From Patescibacteria group bacterium (lineage in GTDB: Bacteria > Patescibacteriota > Minisyncoccia > UBA6257 > GWB1-50-10), in the NCBI GenBank assembly GCA_038065455.1, contig JBBTQX010000002.1:55035-119034 (forward strand): a DNA stretch of 64,000 bases, written 5' to 3'. Positions 49,310 to 59,379 of this stretch are shown here, one piece after another. Below the pieces are notes generated by a model. That model worked only from the letters and a program-made list of their open reading frames with translations, made no database searches and had not been told where the DNA came from. How positions within the stretch are numbered: position 1 is the stretch's first letter; every line of letters begins with the position of its first letter. The position numbers were made by a program, and so were the translations under genes.

Positions 49310-49470
49310 CAACAACTTAATATAAGATGCCTAAACCGTTCAGCAATAAACGGCAGGGTTAAACAAATACCGTCAAAGGCAAAAAGCTCCTAGTCAGAGC
49401 ACCTTTGACGGTCATATCTCGAAAGGGATATGGGTTTCGCAAGAAATCGCTGGCTGGGAGCTTTGTGTTT
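49310..49470 (+). ncRNA. Structured leader/ncRNA candidate
   Basis: TATAAT 49299-49304; three GNRA-capped hairpins; two long interleaved helices. Confidence 0.5.
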
Positions 49471-49493
49471 CCTAGACAGCATAAAAAGCTTTT

Positions 49494-49946
49494 ATGTCTT
49501 GGGCTACAGATATTAGTAGAAGAGCTATGGAAATTGTAATGGAATACGAAATTAAAAAGGGAAGAAAACCTGAAGATTTTTCACACAAAAAAGTTGGCTA
49601 TGATATTCATTCCAATAATACAAAAGAAGAACGATTTATCGAGGTTAAGGGAGTAAGTGAGAGTTGGAATACATACACCTGGCAGAGCTTACACCACACA
49701 CAGATTGATTGCCTTAAAAAATATCCAAATAAATTTTGGCTATATATTATCCGTTTTTGTATCGATAAGGAAAATAGGAATTTGTTTGAGCTCCAACGTA
49801 CATTACCAGAAGCTTACATGATCCCAGGTGGAGATTTGTTAGATACAACAAAGTTCAGGATAGAAGAAGAGTCTTACAGTTTAAAATCAGCACTTGGAAC
49901 GACGCTAAAGGTCAGATTACAAGAAGAAAAGTATAAAAATGGATAA
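49494..49946 (+). CDS. DUF3883-like PD-(D/E)XK nuclease domain protein
   Basis: AMEIVMEYE...GYDIHS...RFIEVKG. Confidence 0.82.
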   Translation: MSWATDISRRAMEIVMEYEIKKGRKPEDFSHKKVGYDIHSNNTKEERFIEVKGVSESWNTYTWQSLHHTQIDCLKKYPNKFWLYIIRFCIDKENRNLFELQRTLPEAYMIPGGDLLDTTKFRIEEESYSLKSALGTTLKVRLQEEKYKNG

Positions 49947-50154
49947 TAAAAATAAAGATCAGTGGGATATTCCAGCTTTCTTAAAACCAAAAGATAAGAA
50001 CGAGGTCAAAAAAGAGAGAATTTCAATTAAAGAGTTTTTTGGATTACTAACGGCATTTATTAAAGAATTATTGGAAACGATAATTCCTGGAATAGTTGCG
50101 TTAGTTCTTTTAGCTTATTTCTTAAAAATGCTTGTGCATTGGCTTATATATTAA
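49939..50154 (+). CDS. Small membrane protein
   Basis: Overlaps the previous stop; C-terminal TM; WDIPAFL motif. Confidence 0.6.
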   Translation: MDNKNKDQWDIPAFLKPKDKNEVKKERISIKEFFGLLTAFIKELLETIIPGIVALVLLAYFLKMLVHWLIY

Positions 50155-50179
50155 TTAGGTACTGTTAGTCAATAAAACA

Positions 50180-50692
50180 ATGTTTAAACCACGACTAGTG
50201 TCAACAATTTCATTAATCGTTATCTGTATTCTTATCCTCTCTTTCTTACCATTCAAAATCGCTAAATTTAATAACCTTCCTAAACAAGTAACCTACTATG
50301 GTATGGCCGCATATAATGGGTATGGTTTTCTATATTATGACATAGAGAAAGACGATCTAGAAAAGATTAACGACCAATATACTCTTGATTCGTTTTGGGC
50401 AAAACCATCTTCCACTTTTTTTGGGAAATCTATTACCGATGATGAAATAATGTTTTATAAATTCCGTCGCTTCATTGAAGATAATCCAAATGTAGTTTTT
50501 AGAATAACCGGAACAAAAAATGAGGATGACTGCGGATATTATAGAAACTACGAAAATGAAGATAGGTGTATGAGTTCTATCTTGGTAAATAAAATAGAAA
50601 TTTATAAAACATCAGCAATTGACACCAATCTTGTTTATTACTACCCATTGAATCTTTTGGATGTTTATCATACAAATCTTCCCATAAAATAA
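50180..50692 (+). CDS. Exported hypothetical protein
   Basis: N-terminal signal/TM. Confidence 0.65.
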   Translation: MFKPRLVSTISLIVICILILSFLPFKIAKFNNLPKQVTYYGMAAYNGYGFLYYDIEKDDLEKINDQYTLDSFWAKPSSTFFGKSITDDEIMFYKFRRFIEDNPNVVFRITGTKNEDDCGYYRNYENEDRCMSSILVNKIEIYKTSAIDTNLVYYYPLNLLDVYHTNLPIK

Positions 50693-50695
50693 GTT

Positions 50696-50838
50696 TCTAT
50701 AAACCAAGTTTTTCCAAGATCATCCTAAAGAAACCAAAAAATTGGTTTCTTCATCAGACTAAAAATAAACCCCTTTAAGTCAGTGTTTCTCTAGTATCTA
50801 AAAATTTAGAGAGGCAAATCAATTGAAGAAATCTTCAA
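50696..50838. repeat. Direct repeat copy 1 flanking the RM cassette
   Basis: TCTATAAACCAAGTTTT ... CAAATCAATTGAAGAAATCTTCAA, matches 58377-58518. Confidence 0.85.
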
Positions 50839-51086
50839 GTTGTTTTATGTAGTAAAATCAACAGTATAGAAGCACATTTAAAATACCAAGTAATCCCTTT
50901 AAAACAGCTTTAAACGGTCGGAATTTACCAATCGGGTATATTTCCACTAACTCACGATAGAACCAGCTTAGCGACTAAGAATTACAGCAAGAACGAGCGA
51001 CTGCAAACCATTCTAAACTATGTGTGTTGGCGAGTGTTATATCTAGAATAAAAACCATTAATTAACGATTTTTTATTATGAATTGG

Positions 51087-53774
51087 TTATTTACCAAAGA
51101 CTCTTACAATCTCATCAAAATTCTTTAACCTATTTTTATCCCATTCCTCTTGTTTTATATACAGAGTTTTATATATTATTCTACTTTGTCTACTATCGAC
51201 ATCTTCACACCATTTCTGTAATCGTTCAAATTTCAACTTATCGTCTTCTTCTTCTCTTCCTTTGGTCTCAATTATATATACTGTCTTATCATCTTTTTTA
51301 ACAAAGAAATCGGGATAGTAGGTGGCGATAAAACCTTCGGAATTTTTATACTCAATTCGAAGTGCGCTCGCTTCTTTATTTTGGAAATTCTTTGCGAAAG
51401 AAATTATATCATCACAGTTTTCAATAAAACTTGCGAATTCTAACTCAAAATTACTATCACCAACAATTTTATTGAAAACTGACTTTTTAGGAGTAAAAAA
51501 TGATTTATCGTTAACCACAAACGGCCTCGCCTCACTGACCTTTATATAATTTTTAATCTCGGTGTCACCCCTATCCTGAACTGTAAGTTCATTAATGGCC
51601 TTTTTGAATGAATCTTTGATGAGTTTTATATACTCTACTTCCGATAAATTCCTTAAGGTATTTAGATCTGATAAATCCGCCGGCTGGTCAAACATATAAC
51701 TCTGAATAAACTCTTTTACCTTGCCGAATAAAATATCGTAACAACCAAACAATCTCAAATCTCTCATTACTGCTTGAGCAAAAAAGCCAATAACACTTTG
51801 ATAATCCGGCTCAATATCCCCAGTCAATATGGTCGTATGATGTGTTTTTTCATCAACTACATCTTTGAACACAATCTCTCTTTTTTCCTCTTCAGAAAAA
51901 GTTTTTATCTTAACTCTCTTATTCCCAAATATAGAAACGTCTAATTCGGCGAGATTTTTATATTCTCTTTGAATCCTTGGAGACATTACCGGGATCTCGA
52001 TATCTAGCTTTTCAATATCTTTCTTGGGATTTTCCTTATCTACCTCAATAACCATTGGTGCAAGCGGTTTTGCACCAACTCCCATGGCTTTCTTTTCGAG
52101 AATCACACCCTCGCCATTTATTGATTCCACGAAATCCATAAATGCCGGAGTGCCAACCACACTCACATATTCCTCGACATCGTCTCGGCCAAAAAACATT
52201 CTTCGGAGGCCGCGTCCGAGCGTCTGTTCAGGTAGAATTTTCGAGTCTGCCGCATATGGTCTCAATCCAACGATTGTTGTGACATTTTTAACATCCCAAC
52301 CCTCCTTAAGCATCATCACTGAAATAATCACCTTAAACGGGCTTTCCCAACCATCTATGTCGTTTGCCTGCTTTCTAAGTAAATCTAGCTCCTCTTTGCT
52401 TTTACCAGTAACGCTTTCGGATATTTCGCCACTTTTATTCGTATGAATAGTTAAAACGGCCCCTTTCAAATCTGCGAAGCTTGTCTCAATATATTCCGCA
52501 ACCTCATCACAATTCTTTGTATCATCAGTCATAATAAAGAGAATTGATTTCTTTCCCATTGGTTTCAATGTCTCATACGTTTTTCGCCATTCTTCAATAC
52601 CGAGATTTATATAATCTCTGTATTTTTCGCTAAATAGAGCACTTTGATTCTCTTTTAGCTTCCCCCTACTTGCCGCATCTGGCACGACTGGATTTTTTAC
52701 AACTCTTTGGTGTATGGCCTCAACCAGCGGATAGTCGGAGATTGTCTGCACAAAAATAGAGCCGTCGTTTTTCTTTGGTGTAGCTGTTACGTCTAACTGC
52801 AAAGCCAAGCCCGATCCTTTTTGTTTCAACCGGTTGTCTATATCCTGAATAGACTTAACCCATGCGGATTTATCATCATGCAAGTGGTGTGCCTCATCGT
52901 TTATAACAATCAGTTCATCTATATCTCTTACAATCATTCCTAAATCTACCGTAGAATCGTTTGTTTTTGTAACGGGCTTATCACCTAAGAAATATGTCGA
53001 AGTATCTTCATCTCCCGGATTTGCTTCTTTTATATCACCTTCAAAAACTCTATGAATGTTAGTTAAAAATATATTCCCGGTATCGGAAACACCCCTCAAA
53101 TCGTCTTGTAGGTGAAGCGTGATTTGAAAATCATCTTGCCAATTTTGACCTTGATATCCATTTTCCGGCAAAACAGGATCACTAAAGAATATTTTTAAGC
53201 CCGCAAAATCACTTTTTATTCTTTCAAAAACAATAACGTTCGGGGTTATTAAAAGGAAATTCTTTGCTAATTTTGAATCTTGTTCATATTTCTTATGAAA
53301 GTACGCCCATGCCACCACAAGACTCATCACCTTTGTTTTACCTGCACCAGTAGCCATTTTGATAACAAAACGCAACCAATCCTCTGAAAACATTTGCGGG
53401 CTTAATACACCCGTGGAGTTGTATCGTATGAGATCATATTTATCTTTTACTCTCGCGACCTCACAAAGCCAAATAACAGTTTCTAGTGCTTCTCTTTGTG
53501 CAAAGTAATATCTGAAATAAGATGAGACACCATATTGGTCATATAAAATATGTTCTTCTTTAAACCACCAGTTCAGAAGTGCCTTTGAGGTATTGCTCGC
53601 ACCTTCATAATTCTTGTCCCGCCATTCTTTTACCCTCTTGCGTAGATCAGCAACAAGAGGCGGTAAGAGTTTGTCATATCCCTTTTCGCGTAAATCTTCA
53701 TCAGCCGGAAACCACCGGATGCCCGGATCTAATATTACATATGGGTCTTTTGGAAAATCTTTATGAAGAGCCAT
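51087..53774 (-). CDS. res: Type III restriction enzyme Res subunit
   Basis: MATGAGKT, DEAHH, EGWDV, EQTLGRGLR, PDF...IETKG. Confidence 0.93.
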   Translation of the reverse strand: MALHKDFPKDPYVILDPGIRWFPADEDLREKGYDKLLPPLVADLRKRVKEWRDKNYEGASNTSKALLNWWFKEEHILYDQYGVSSYFRYYFAQREALETVIWLCEVARVKDKYDLIRYNSTGVLSPQMFSEDWLRFVIKMATGAGKTKVMSLVVAWAYFHKKYEQDSKLAKNFLLITPNVIVFERIKSDFAGLKIFFSDPVLPENGYQGQNWQDDFQITLHLQDDLRGVSDTGNIFLTNIHRVFEGDIKEANPGDEDTSTYFLGDKPVTKTNDSTVDLGMIVRDIDELIVINDEAHHLHDDKSAWVKSIQDIDNRLKQKGSGLALQLDVTATPKKNDGSIFVQTISDYPLVEAIHQRVVKNPVVPDAASRGKLKENQSALFSEKYRDYINLGIEEWRKTYETLKPMGKKSILFIMTDDTKNCDEVAEYIETSFADLKGAVLTIHTNKSGEISESVTGKSKEELDLLRKQANDIDGWESPFKVIISVMMLKEGWDVKNVTTIVGLRPYAADSKILPEQTLGRGLRRMFFGRDDVEEYVSVVGTPAFMDFVESINGEGVILEKKAMGVGAKPLAPMVIEVDKENPKKDIEKLDIEIPVMSPRIQREYKNLAELDVSIFGNKRVKIKTFSEEEKREIVFKDVVDEKTHHTTILTGDIEPDYQSVIGFFAQAVMRDLRLFGCYDILFGKVKEFIQSYMFDQPADLSDLNTLRNLSEVEYIKLIKDSFKKAINELTVQDRGDTEIKNYIKVSEARPFVVNDKSFFTPKKSVFNKIVGDSNFELEFASFIENCDDIISFAKNFQNKEASALRIEYKNSEGFIATYYPDFFVKKDDKTVYIIETKGREEEDDKLKFERLQKWCEDVDSRQSRIIYKTLYIKQEEWDKNRLKNFDEIVRVFGK

Positions 53775-53779
53775 ATTTT

Positions 53780-55552
53780 TTAGTTTAGAATTACTTCCAC
53801 CCCAGAGACTAGCTCCTTTATCTTATTTTGAGTATCTTTGTGTAAATCTGTGAGTTTGAATTTTCCCTTATCTACTTTTAACATAAACTTCAAAGCAAAA
53901 ACCGCCTTTGGCTTTCCTTTGATATAATCGGAATTCTTTTTGAACGCCAAAGATATGTCCTCCAACACATGAGTCTTAAAATCATCAACTGTGAAAATAT
54001 CTTCTATGCCTGAACAATCTTTAACCTTCAACATTCTCTTTTTGGCTTCATCATCGCTATTTAAAAATAAATCTCGCTTCAGTTCGTTGTAGATACCACG
54101 ACCTGAACTATCATCATCTACCAACACTCCAAAGTGAAGACCCCATCCGAGAAATAGATTCGCTAGTTGTGGAACATTACTAGTCCCTGTCGCTGGTAAA
54201 AAATGCACTTCTTTCTTCGAACCAGAAAGTCTCCAGAATGACGAAAGGTAGTAAAATGCACTAATCTCCTCCAACAAAATATTGTTTTCTTTTTTAATTA
54301 CCTGTTGACTTGAGAAATCAGCCCCCATTAATGTATAGATGGGTGACAGAGTATCTGTAGATACTGCTCCAAGCTTGTGTGTCCCGAATACCAACGTCTC
54401 ACTCCTATCATTCTCCGCGTCTGCTCTCTGCACAGCGAGTAAACGATAGATTGTTTTAAGTGTGATTAAGTAAGGAGAATGAGTCGTGTAAATCATTTGA
54501 ATTTTCTCTTTTATGTCTTCAAAAACTTTTATCACATCTTCTTGCGCCCTTGCATGAAGACTTCCACCTGGTTCATCAATCAGAATAACTTGACTCTGTT
54601 TCCCATCATCAAGTGAACTTGCTTTCAGTTGTAAAAAGAAAGATGTAAACCACCGAACCCCCTTGCTCCGTTGTTTTGGATACAACTTCTCTTCTCCATC
54701 TTTAATCCAAAAAACTAAATATGGTTTACCGGCTTTTCCAGCTACACTATTGTCATGGTGTTTAAGTTCAAACTCGATAGAAATTTTATTAGTTTTTCCA
54801 ATCTTCTGCCTCCAGAATTCCTGGAAGTTCGCTGTAACAGTCTTATTAGTCTTATCCAGCTTATTTTCCAAAATCCGCCTATCACTACCTTGCAACATAC
54901 TTAATTCTATTCCTGCTATTGCAAGAAGATTCTGCGCACCCTTGTAGCCCTCTGCTTTTGTGTTTTTGTTTTGTAAATCTTCTAAATCAATCGTGTCAGG
55001 TAACAAACTTGCGAAATCCTCAAAAAACTCCCAATCCGGAGAGTTATCAAAAATAATTTCTATAAATTCTTTTTCTTCAATCTCTTTTTCTTCTTCGACT
55101 TCAGGCTGTGTTCCTGGAGTTGTTTGAGGTGCGGAAGTATCTTTATTCTCGGCTTTGCTCTCAGTGGATGTGAATAAATCGGAGAGTCCTCTTTCTTCTA
55201 AAACCAAATCTCCCTCTGATTCTACATCAGTCCAAACGCGAGTTATATTTATCCTCTTTTTCTCACCAACGAGTTTTGCTATTCCTTTCGGGAAAATCTT
55301 ATTAGGAAACATCTCTTTTACTTCTTCCCATGTTACATTAAAAGACAGAGAAACTTCTGGCATACTTCCATCACTCCTTAATACGTCCGCCGTAATATCT
55401 GCTGTTGGAAAGCTATACAATGCCTCTAAGATGGAAGTTTTACCTGCTTCATTCTGACCAATAAGACCTGTGATCCCATCGGGTGAGAAATTCTGCCAAT
55501 CAGTATCTTTGATTGACCTATAGTTTTTTATTCTGAAAGCTTGTAGTTTCAT
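53780..55552 (-). CDS. OLD-family ABC-ATPase/TOPRIM nuclease
   Basis: IKNYRSI, GQNEAGKT, IDEPGGSLH, TTHSPY; TOPRIM-like LLEE...VLVDDD. Confidence 0.85.
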   Translation of the reverse strand: MKLQAFRIKNYRSIKDTDWQNFSPDGITGLIGQNEAGKTSILEALYSFPTADITADVLRSDGSMPEVSLSFNVTWEEVKEMFPNKIFPKGIAKLVGEKKRINITRVWTDVESEGDLVLEERGLSDLFTSTESKAENKDTSAPQTTPGTQPEVEEEKEIEEKEFIEIIFDNSPDWEFFEDFASLLPDTIDLEDLQNKNTKAEGYKGAQNLLAIAGIELSMLQGSDRRILENKLDKTNKTVTANFQEFWRQKIGKTNKISIEFELKHHDNSVAGKAGKPYLVFWIKDGEEKLYPKQRSKGVRWFTSFFLQLKASSLDDGKQSQVILIDEPGGSLHARAQEDVIKVFEDIKEKIQMIYTTHSPYLITLKTIYRLLAVQRADAENDRSETLVFGTHKLGAVSTDTLSPIYTLMGADFSSQQVIKKENNILLEEISAFYYLSSFWRLSGSKKEVHFLPATGTSNVPQLANLFLGWGLHFGVLVDDDSSGRGIYNELKRDLFLNSDDEAKKRMLKVKDCSGIEDIFTVDDFKTHVLEDISLAFKKNSDYIKGKPKAVFALKFMLKVDKGKFKLTDLHKDTQNKIKELVSGVEVILN

Positions 55553-57804
55553 ATTTTTACTTCTATCACTTTCGTTGTATCATTTCCAAAAATATCCACG
55601 ACTTTCACAGCAACTTTATAAATTCCTTTTGACACCTCTTTACTAGCAGAAGTAAACTCCAGGTTTCTATTCTTCTTGGTGCGGAAACTCTGCCATTCGT
55701 TATCAAAAATATAGTCGCCGGTCCAAACCTCTTTTTCTTTGCCATCTTCTATAACCTTGATGATTTCTTTTCTGCTGGCAAAATCAAAGTCCACTGCCCA
55801 ATAATCTATCCAGTCACTCCATTTCTTAGTTAAAACTTCTTTTGAAATAAGCTCGGTCGCTTTGTCTTTTGATATTTTCACCACCTGTCCATTTTCTACT
55901 ATAATTTTGACTCCACCAGGCCTAAGAGCTTCCTCAATTTCACCTGAATCATCTTGATTATAAAAAACCGAAAAATCGGTAAGCTCAATAGAAAGTTCTT
56001 TGTTATTTACCTTACCCTTAATAATTGGCTTCGCTTCAATAAACGCCACATCGTAAAATTTTACCTGTCCTTTTTCTACTGCTTTTTTATCAAATACTTC
56101 TCTTGGTATTATTCTAAAAGCGATATCAACGCCCTGATCTTTGTACTCGCCAAAATCGAGACCCATTTCATAATCAAAACCAAGTACATCAACTTTGGTT
56201 ATACTTTTTTCTTTGCATTCGGCAACAATGTCTTGCACCAGTTTTTGAGATACAGGAGTATTAATGGGTCCCACCGCGACAAGACGATCTCTTTTCTTCC
56301 CAACAATATTTATAAAAGATTGCACTGGTTCTGCCTTATACGCAGAAAGGATGAGTTTTACAAATTCTTTCTCCTTTATCTCTGCTTGTTTAGTTTTTTC
56401 TTCTGCTCGTAAGTCATTGTTTACCACAAGGAAACTTTCTCTTTCGTATCTTCCCACATTCAATATTTCAAAAGCACGGAAATCTTTTCCTGCCTTTTTA
56501 AGTTCTCTTTGTACGCCGATCAGGCGTTTGCGTGAAGTATGTATACCGAATTTCCCCAAATCAGAACCTATCCATTTCCTTCCAAGTTTTTCAGCAACGG
56601 CAAGCGCCGTCCCTGAACCGCAGAAGAAATCGGCCATAATATCACCCTCTCTTGTTGAGGCATTAATTATTCTTTCAATTAAAGACTCGGGTTTTTGTGT
56701 AGGATACCCCTCTGCTTCTTGAGCCTGAGAATTTATCGGATAAATATCTGTCCATATATCTTCAACTGGTGTTCCTTGTGATTCATCCAGATAACGTTTA
56801 ACTCTTGGTTTCCCAGATTCAGTAAATATAATCACACCATTTTTCATTCCTTCATTAATTCGTTCTTGTGACCAAATCCAATGTTTTCCTGGTGGGGGTA
56901 CAAGTAATTTATCGCCAAAATATTTAGCTTCGCCCTGTCCCTTTTGTGTAAAATCAGCCAATTGATATTTTTTACCAGTGGATTCTTCAACATTATTGTA
57001 GTGAGTATCTAATCTAGCTTCATCATGCGCAGTATATAATTTGCTAAAAAAATAGCTCTCTGACTTTGCATAGACAAAAATAGAATCGTGGACATTTCCA
57101 AAAGATTTCGCTTGTCCTTTTGATGATCTAACTTTTTGCCATATAACCTCATTTATGTAGTTGCCTTTCCCAAAAATTTCATCCAAGACCAAGCGCATAT
57201 AACTATTTACTCTCCAATCACAGTGTACATAAATATTTCCATCTTCAGCGAGTAAATCATGCATTAATTTTAACCGCTCATAAATCATGGCGATAAAACT
57301 ATCCGCACCCTTTCCCCATGTGTCACGATAGGCGATTTCTTCTATAACTGACGGCTTTTTAGTAAAACTCTCTTCGTCATCACCGTCACCAATTTTTATA
57401 TCCATGGAAAAATCAGCACCAACATCGAATGGCGGGTCAATATAAACCAACTTCAAGCCGCCTTGCGCTTCTATTTCTTTACGAAGCGGCCCATTTTTGA
57501 GGGATGAGAGAATAAGTTTGTTATCTCCCCAAATAAGCTTGTTCGTCCAACCGGTTATTTGTCTGCCAGAGGTATCAAAAAGAGAATTCTGATTACCGAA
57601 CTTTGCATCGCTTCTCGGTTCATCAATCTGTTCTATTACTTGAAAAGGCAAAACAACATTAGTAACCTCATTTGTTTTTCCGTTCCAAAGAAGCTCGACC
57701 TCTTGGGTCTCGCCAAACAATAGAAAACGATATTTATCCGGCAACGGCTTTCCGGCCTCTAAATATTTAATGACATCTCGTTTTTCGTTATCTGTAAGTT
57801 TCAT
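55549..57804 (-). CDS. mod: Type III DNA methyltransferase Mod subunit
   Basis: LIWGDN, YIDPPF, YPTQKPE, DFFCGSGT. Confidence 0.93.
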   Translation of the reverse strand: MKLTDNEKRDVIKYLEAGKPLPDKYRFLLFGETQEVELLWNGKTNEVTNVVLPFQVIEQIDEPRSDAKFGNQNSLFDTSGRQITGWTNKLIWGDNKLILSSLKNGPLRKEIEAQGGLKLVYIDPPFDVGADFSMDIKIGDGDDEESFTKKPSVIEEIAYRDTWGKGADSFIAMIYERLKLMHDLLAEDGNIYVHCDWRVNSYMRLVLDEIFGKGNYINEVIWQKVRSSKGQAKSFGNVHDSIFVYAKSESYFFSKLYTAHDEARLDTHYNNVEESTGKKYQLADFTQKGQGEAKYFGDKLLVPPPGKHWIWSQERINEGMKNGVIIFTESGKPRVKRYLDESQGTPVEDIWTDIYPINSQAQEAEGYPTQKPESLIERIINASTREGDIMADFFCGSGTALAVAEKLGRKWIGSDLGKFGIHTSRKRLIGVQRELKKAGKDFRAFEILNVGRYERESFLVVNNDLRAEEKTKQAEIKEKEFVKLILSAYKAEPVQSFINIVGKKRDRLVAVGPINTPVSQKLVQDIVAECKEKSITKVDVLGFDYEMGLDFGEYKDQGVDIAFRIIPREVFDKKAVEKGQVKFYDVAFIEAKPIIKGKVNNKELSIELTDFSVFYNQDDSGEIEEALRPGGVKIIVENGQVVKISKDKATELISKEVLTKKWSDWIDYWAVDFDFASRKEIIKVIEDGKEKEVWTGDYIFDNEWQSFRTKKNRNLEFTSASKEVSKGIYKVAVKVVDIFGNDTTKVIEVKI

Positions 57805-57815
57805 GAATTTATCTT

Positions 57816-58334
57816 CTAGATCTTCAATGGCGGGGTTAAATACTTCTCAACCAAAGTCTCAAATTCTGTGTATACCGCAGTATCAATTTTCCAACTTTTC
57901 TCTTCTGAAAGCGGATGGCAAATTAATCCGCCGTTTTCATCAATATATGGCACACTGGAAACTTGGAAAAATGGCTTTTTTGAACTATTCACAAAAATAA
58001 TCTTTGCATTCCAGAAATGTTTTATTTTCCCTAGTAATACTTTATCTTTTTCATCAAACATTTTCCCGTCCCAACGAAACTTTACCTCAACAAAAAATGG
58101 CTCTCCTTTTTCATCTATCACGATAAAATCTGGTATAGTGCGAATCTGCTCGCCAACTTCGTTATGAGCGTCAAAAATCCTTTTAATCTGGACTAGATTT
58201 TGCATTATCGCCTCATACCCAAATCGATAAACCGTATTACCCGATTTCTTAAGTAACTCCTCAACCAGGGTCTCGGCCATTCGGCCCTTAAGCATCCCCT
58301 CAGAATCCATCTTTTTAGTTATTTCTTCTTGCAT
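57816..58334 (-). CDS. Stand-alone PD-(D/E)XK endonuclease-like protein
   Basis: KGRMAE...IPDFIV...FVEVKFR. Confidence 0.7.
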   Translation of the reverse strand: MQEEITKKMDSEGMLKGRMAETLVEELLKKSGNTVYRFGYEAIMQNLVQIKRIFDAHNEVGEQIRTIPDFIVIDEKGEPFFVEVKFRWDGKMFDEKDKVLLGKIKHFWNAKIIFVNSSKKPFFQVSSVPYIDENGGLICHPLSEEKSWKIDTAVYTEFETLVEKYLTPPLKI

Positions 58335-58376
58335 TTGGTTTAATCCTACCACCATCAAAAGACAGATACAAAATTA

Positions 58377-58518
58377 TCTATAAACCAAGTTTTCCTTAGA
58401 TAATCCCAAAAAAACCTAAAATTAGACTTTTTCATACAATCAAAAAGAGACCACTTAGACCAGTGTTTTACTAATATCTTAAGATTTAGAGAGACAAATC
58501 AATTGAAGAAATCTTCAA
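58377..58518. repeat. Direct repeat copy 2 flanking the RM cassette
   Basis: Imperfect copy of 50696-50838. Confidence 0.85.
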
Positions 58519-58566
58519 ATTTATTTACTAATGTTTTTATTAGATATAATCAGTTAGAATGACATT

Positions 58567-59364
58567 ATGACTCCATCAGAGAAAGTATTTAGTGTTTTGA
58601 GAGAAATAAAAAAAGAGTCCTCAATAAGCCCCGATCCTAACTTCATTGAATTTAAGTTTAACTATGTTTTGGTTGGATATGGAATTGTATACGGAGACGA
58701 CGAAAAAAAGATATTACGCAAATTAGAGCAAGAAAAAATTATAGAGATTTTAGCCCCCAGAGAATCTAAGGGTGTGGTCTCGAGCATAGAATTATTAGAC
58801 GCAACCGATTCGGCGATTGTTAGATTTGGACCAAAGTTTAGGATTTCTTATTTTAAATACTTTCTACTTGCAAAGTTATCGGGGATAACCCGTGATAAAT
58901 CCGACAAACTGCCTTCTAATAAAAAGTTGTTTTCTAATAAATGGTTTATTGGTTTCTTGGTGGTTATGGTGGTTGTGATATTAATAATAAAATTTGATTT
59001 TAATTTACAAAGTGTAAATTTGGGTATATTCGAACTGACACCACCCTTAAATAATAAGATGGGGTCGGTAACTCAAAGCATAAAGCAGGATGCAAAAACT
59101 ACAGCAGACTCAATAATAATATCTGGCTGGGAAGATGCGGGAGATTATATTGGTTATCTTAGTCAGATAACAGGTTTCTACCAAAGACACAAAGAAATAT
59201 ATTCGCAAGAATATATAACATATAATCGACAACTAGAAGAATGGCAAAACAGAATAAAAGATATAAAAGATGGAAGAAATCTTGTTTATGCATCTGACCT
59301 AGATGGACTAAAAGGGTTAATCATTGCTGGTAGAAATAATCTAAATAACATTGTTTCAAAATAG
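58567..59364 (+). CDS. Hypothetical protein with central TM helix
   Basis: ORF with WFIGFLVVMVVVILII TM. Confidence 0.7.
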   Translation: MTPSEKVFSVLREIKKESSISPDPNFIEFKFNYVLVGYGIVYGDDEKKILRKLEQEKIIEILAPRESKGVVSSIELLDATDSAIVRFGPKFRISYFKYFLLAKLSGITRDKSDKLPSNKKLFSNKWFIGFLVVMVVVILIIKFDFNLQSVNLGIFELTPPLNNKMGSVTQSIKQDAKTTADSIIISGWEDAGDYIGYLSQITGFYQRHKEIYSQEYITYNRQLEEWQNRIKDIKDGRNLVYASDLDGLKGLIIAGRNNLNNIVSK

Positions 59365-59379
59365 TAAAATAGAAATTTT

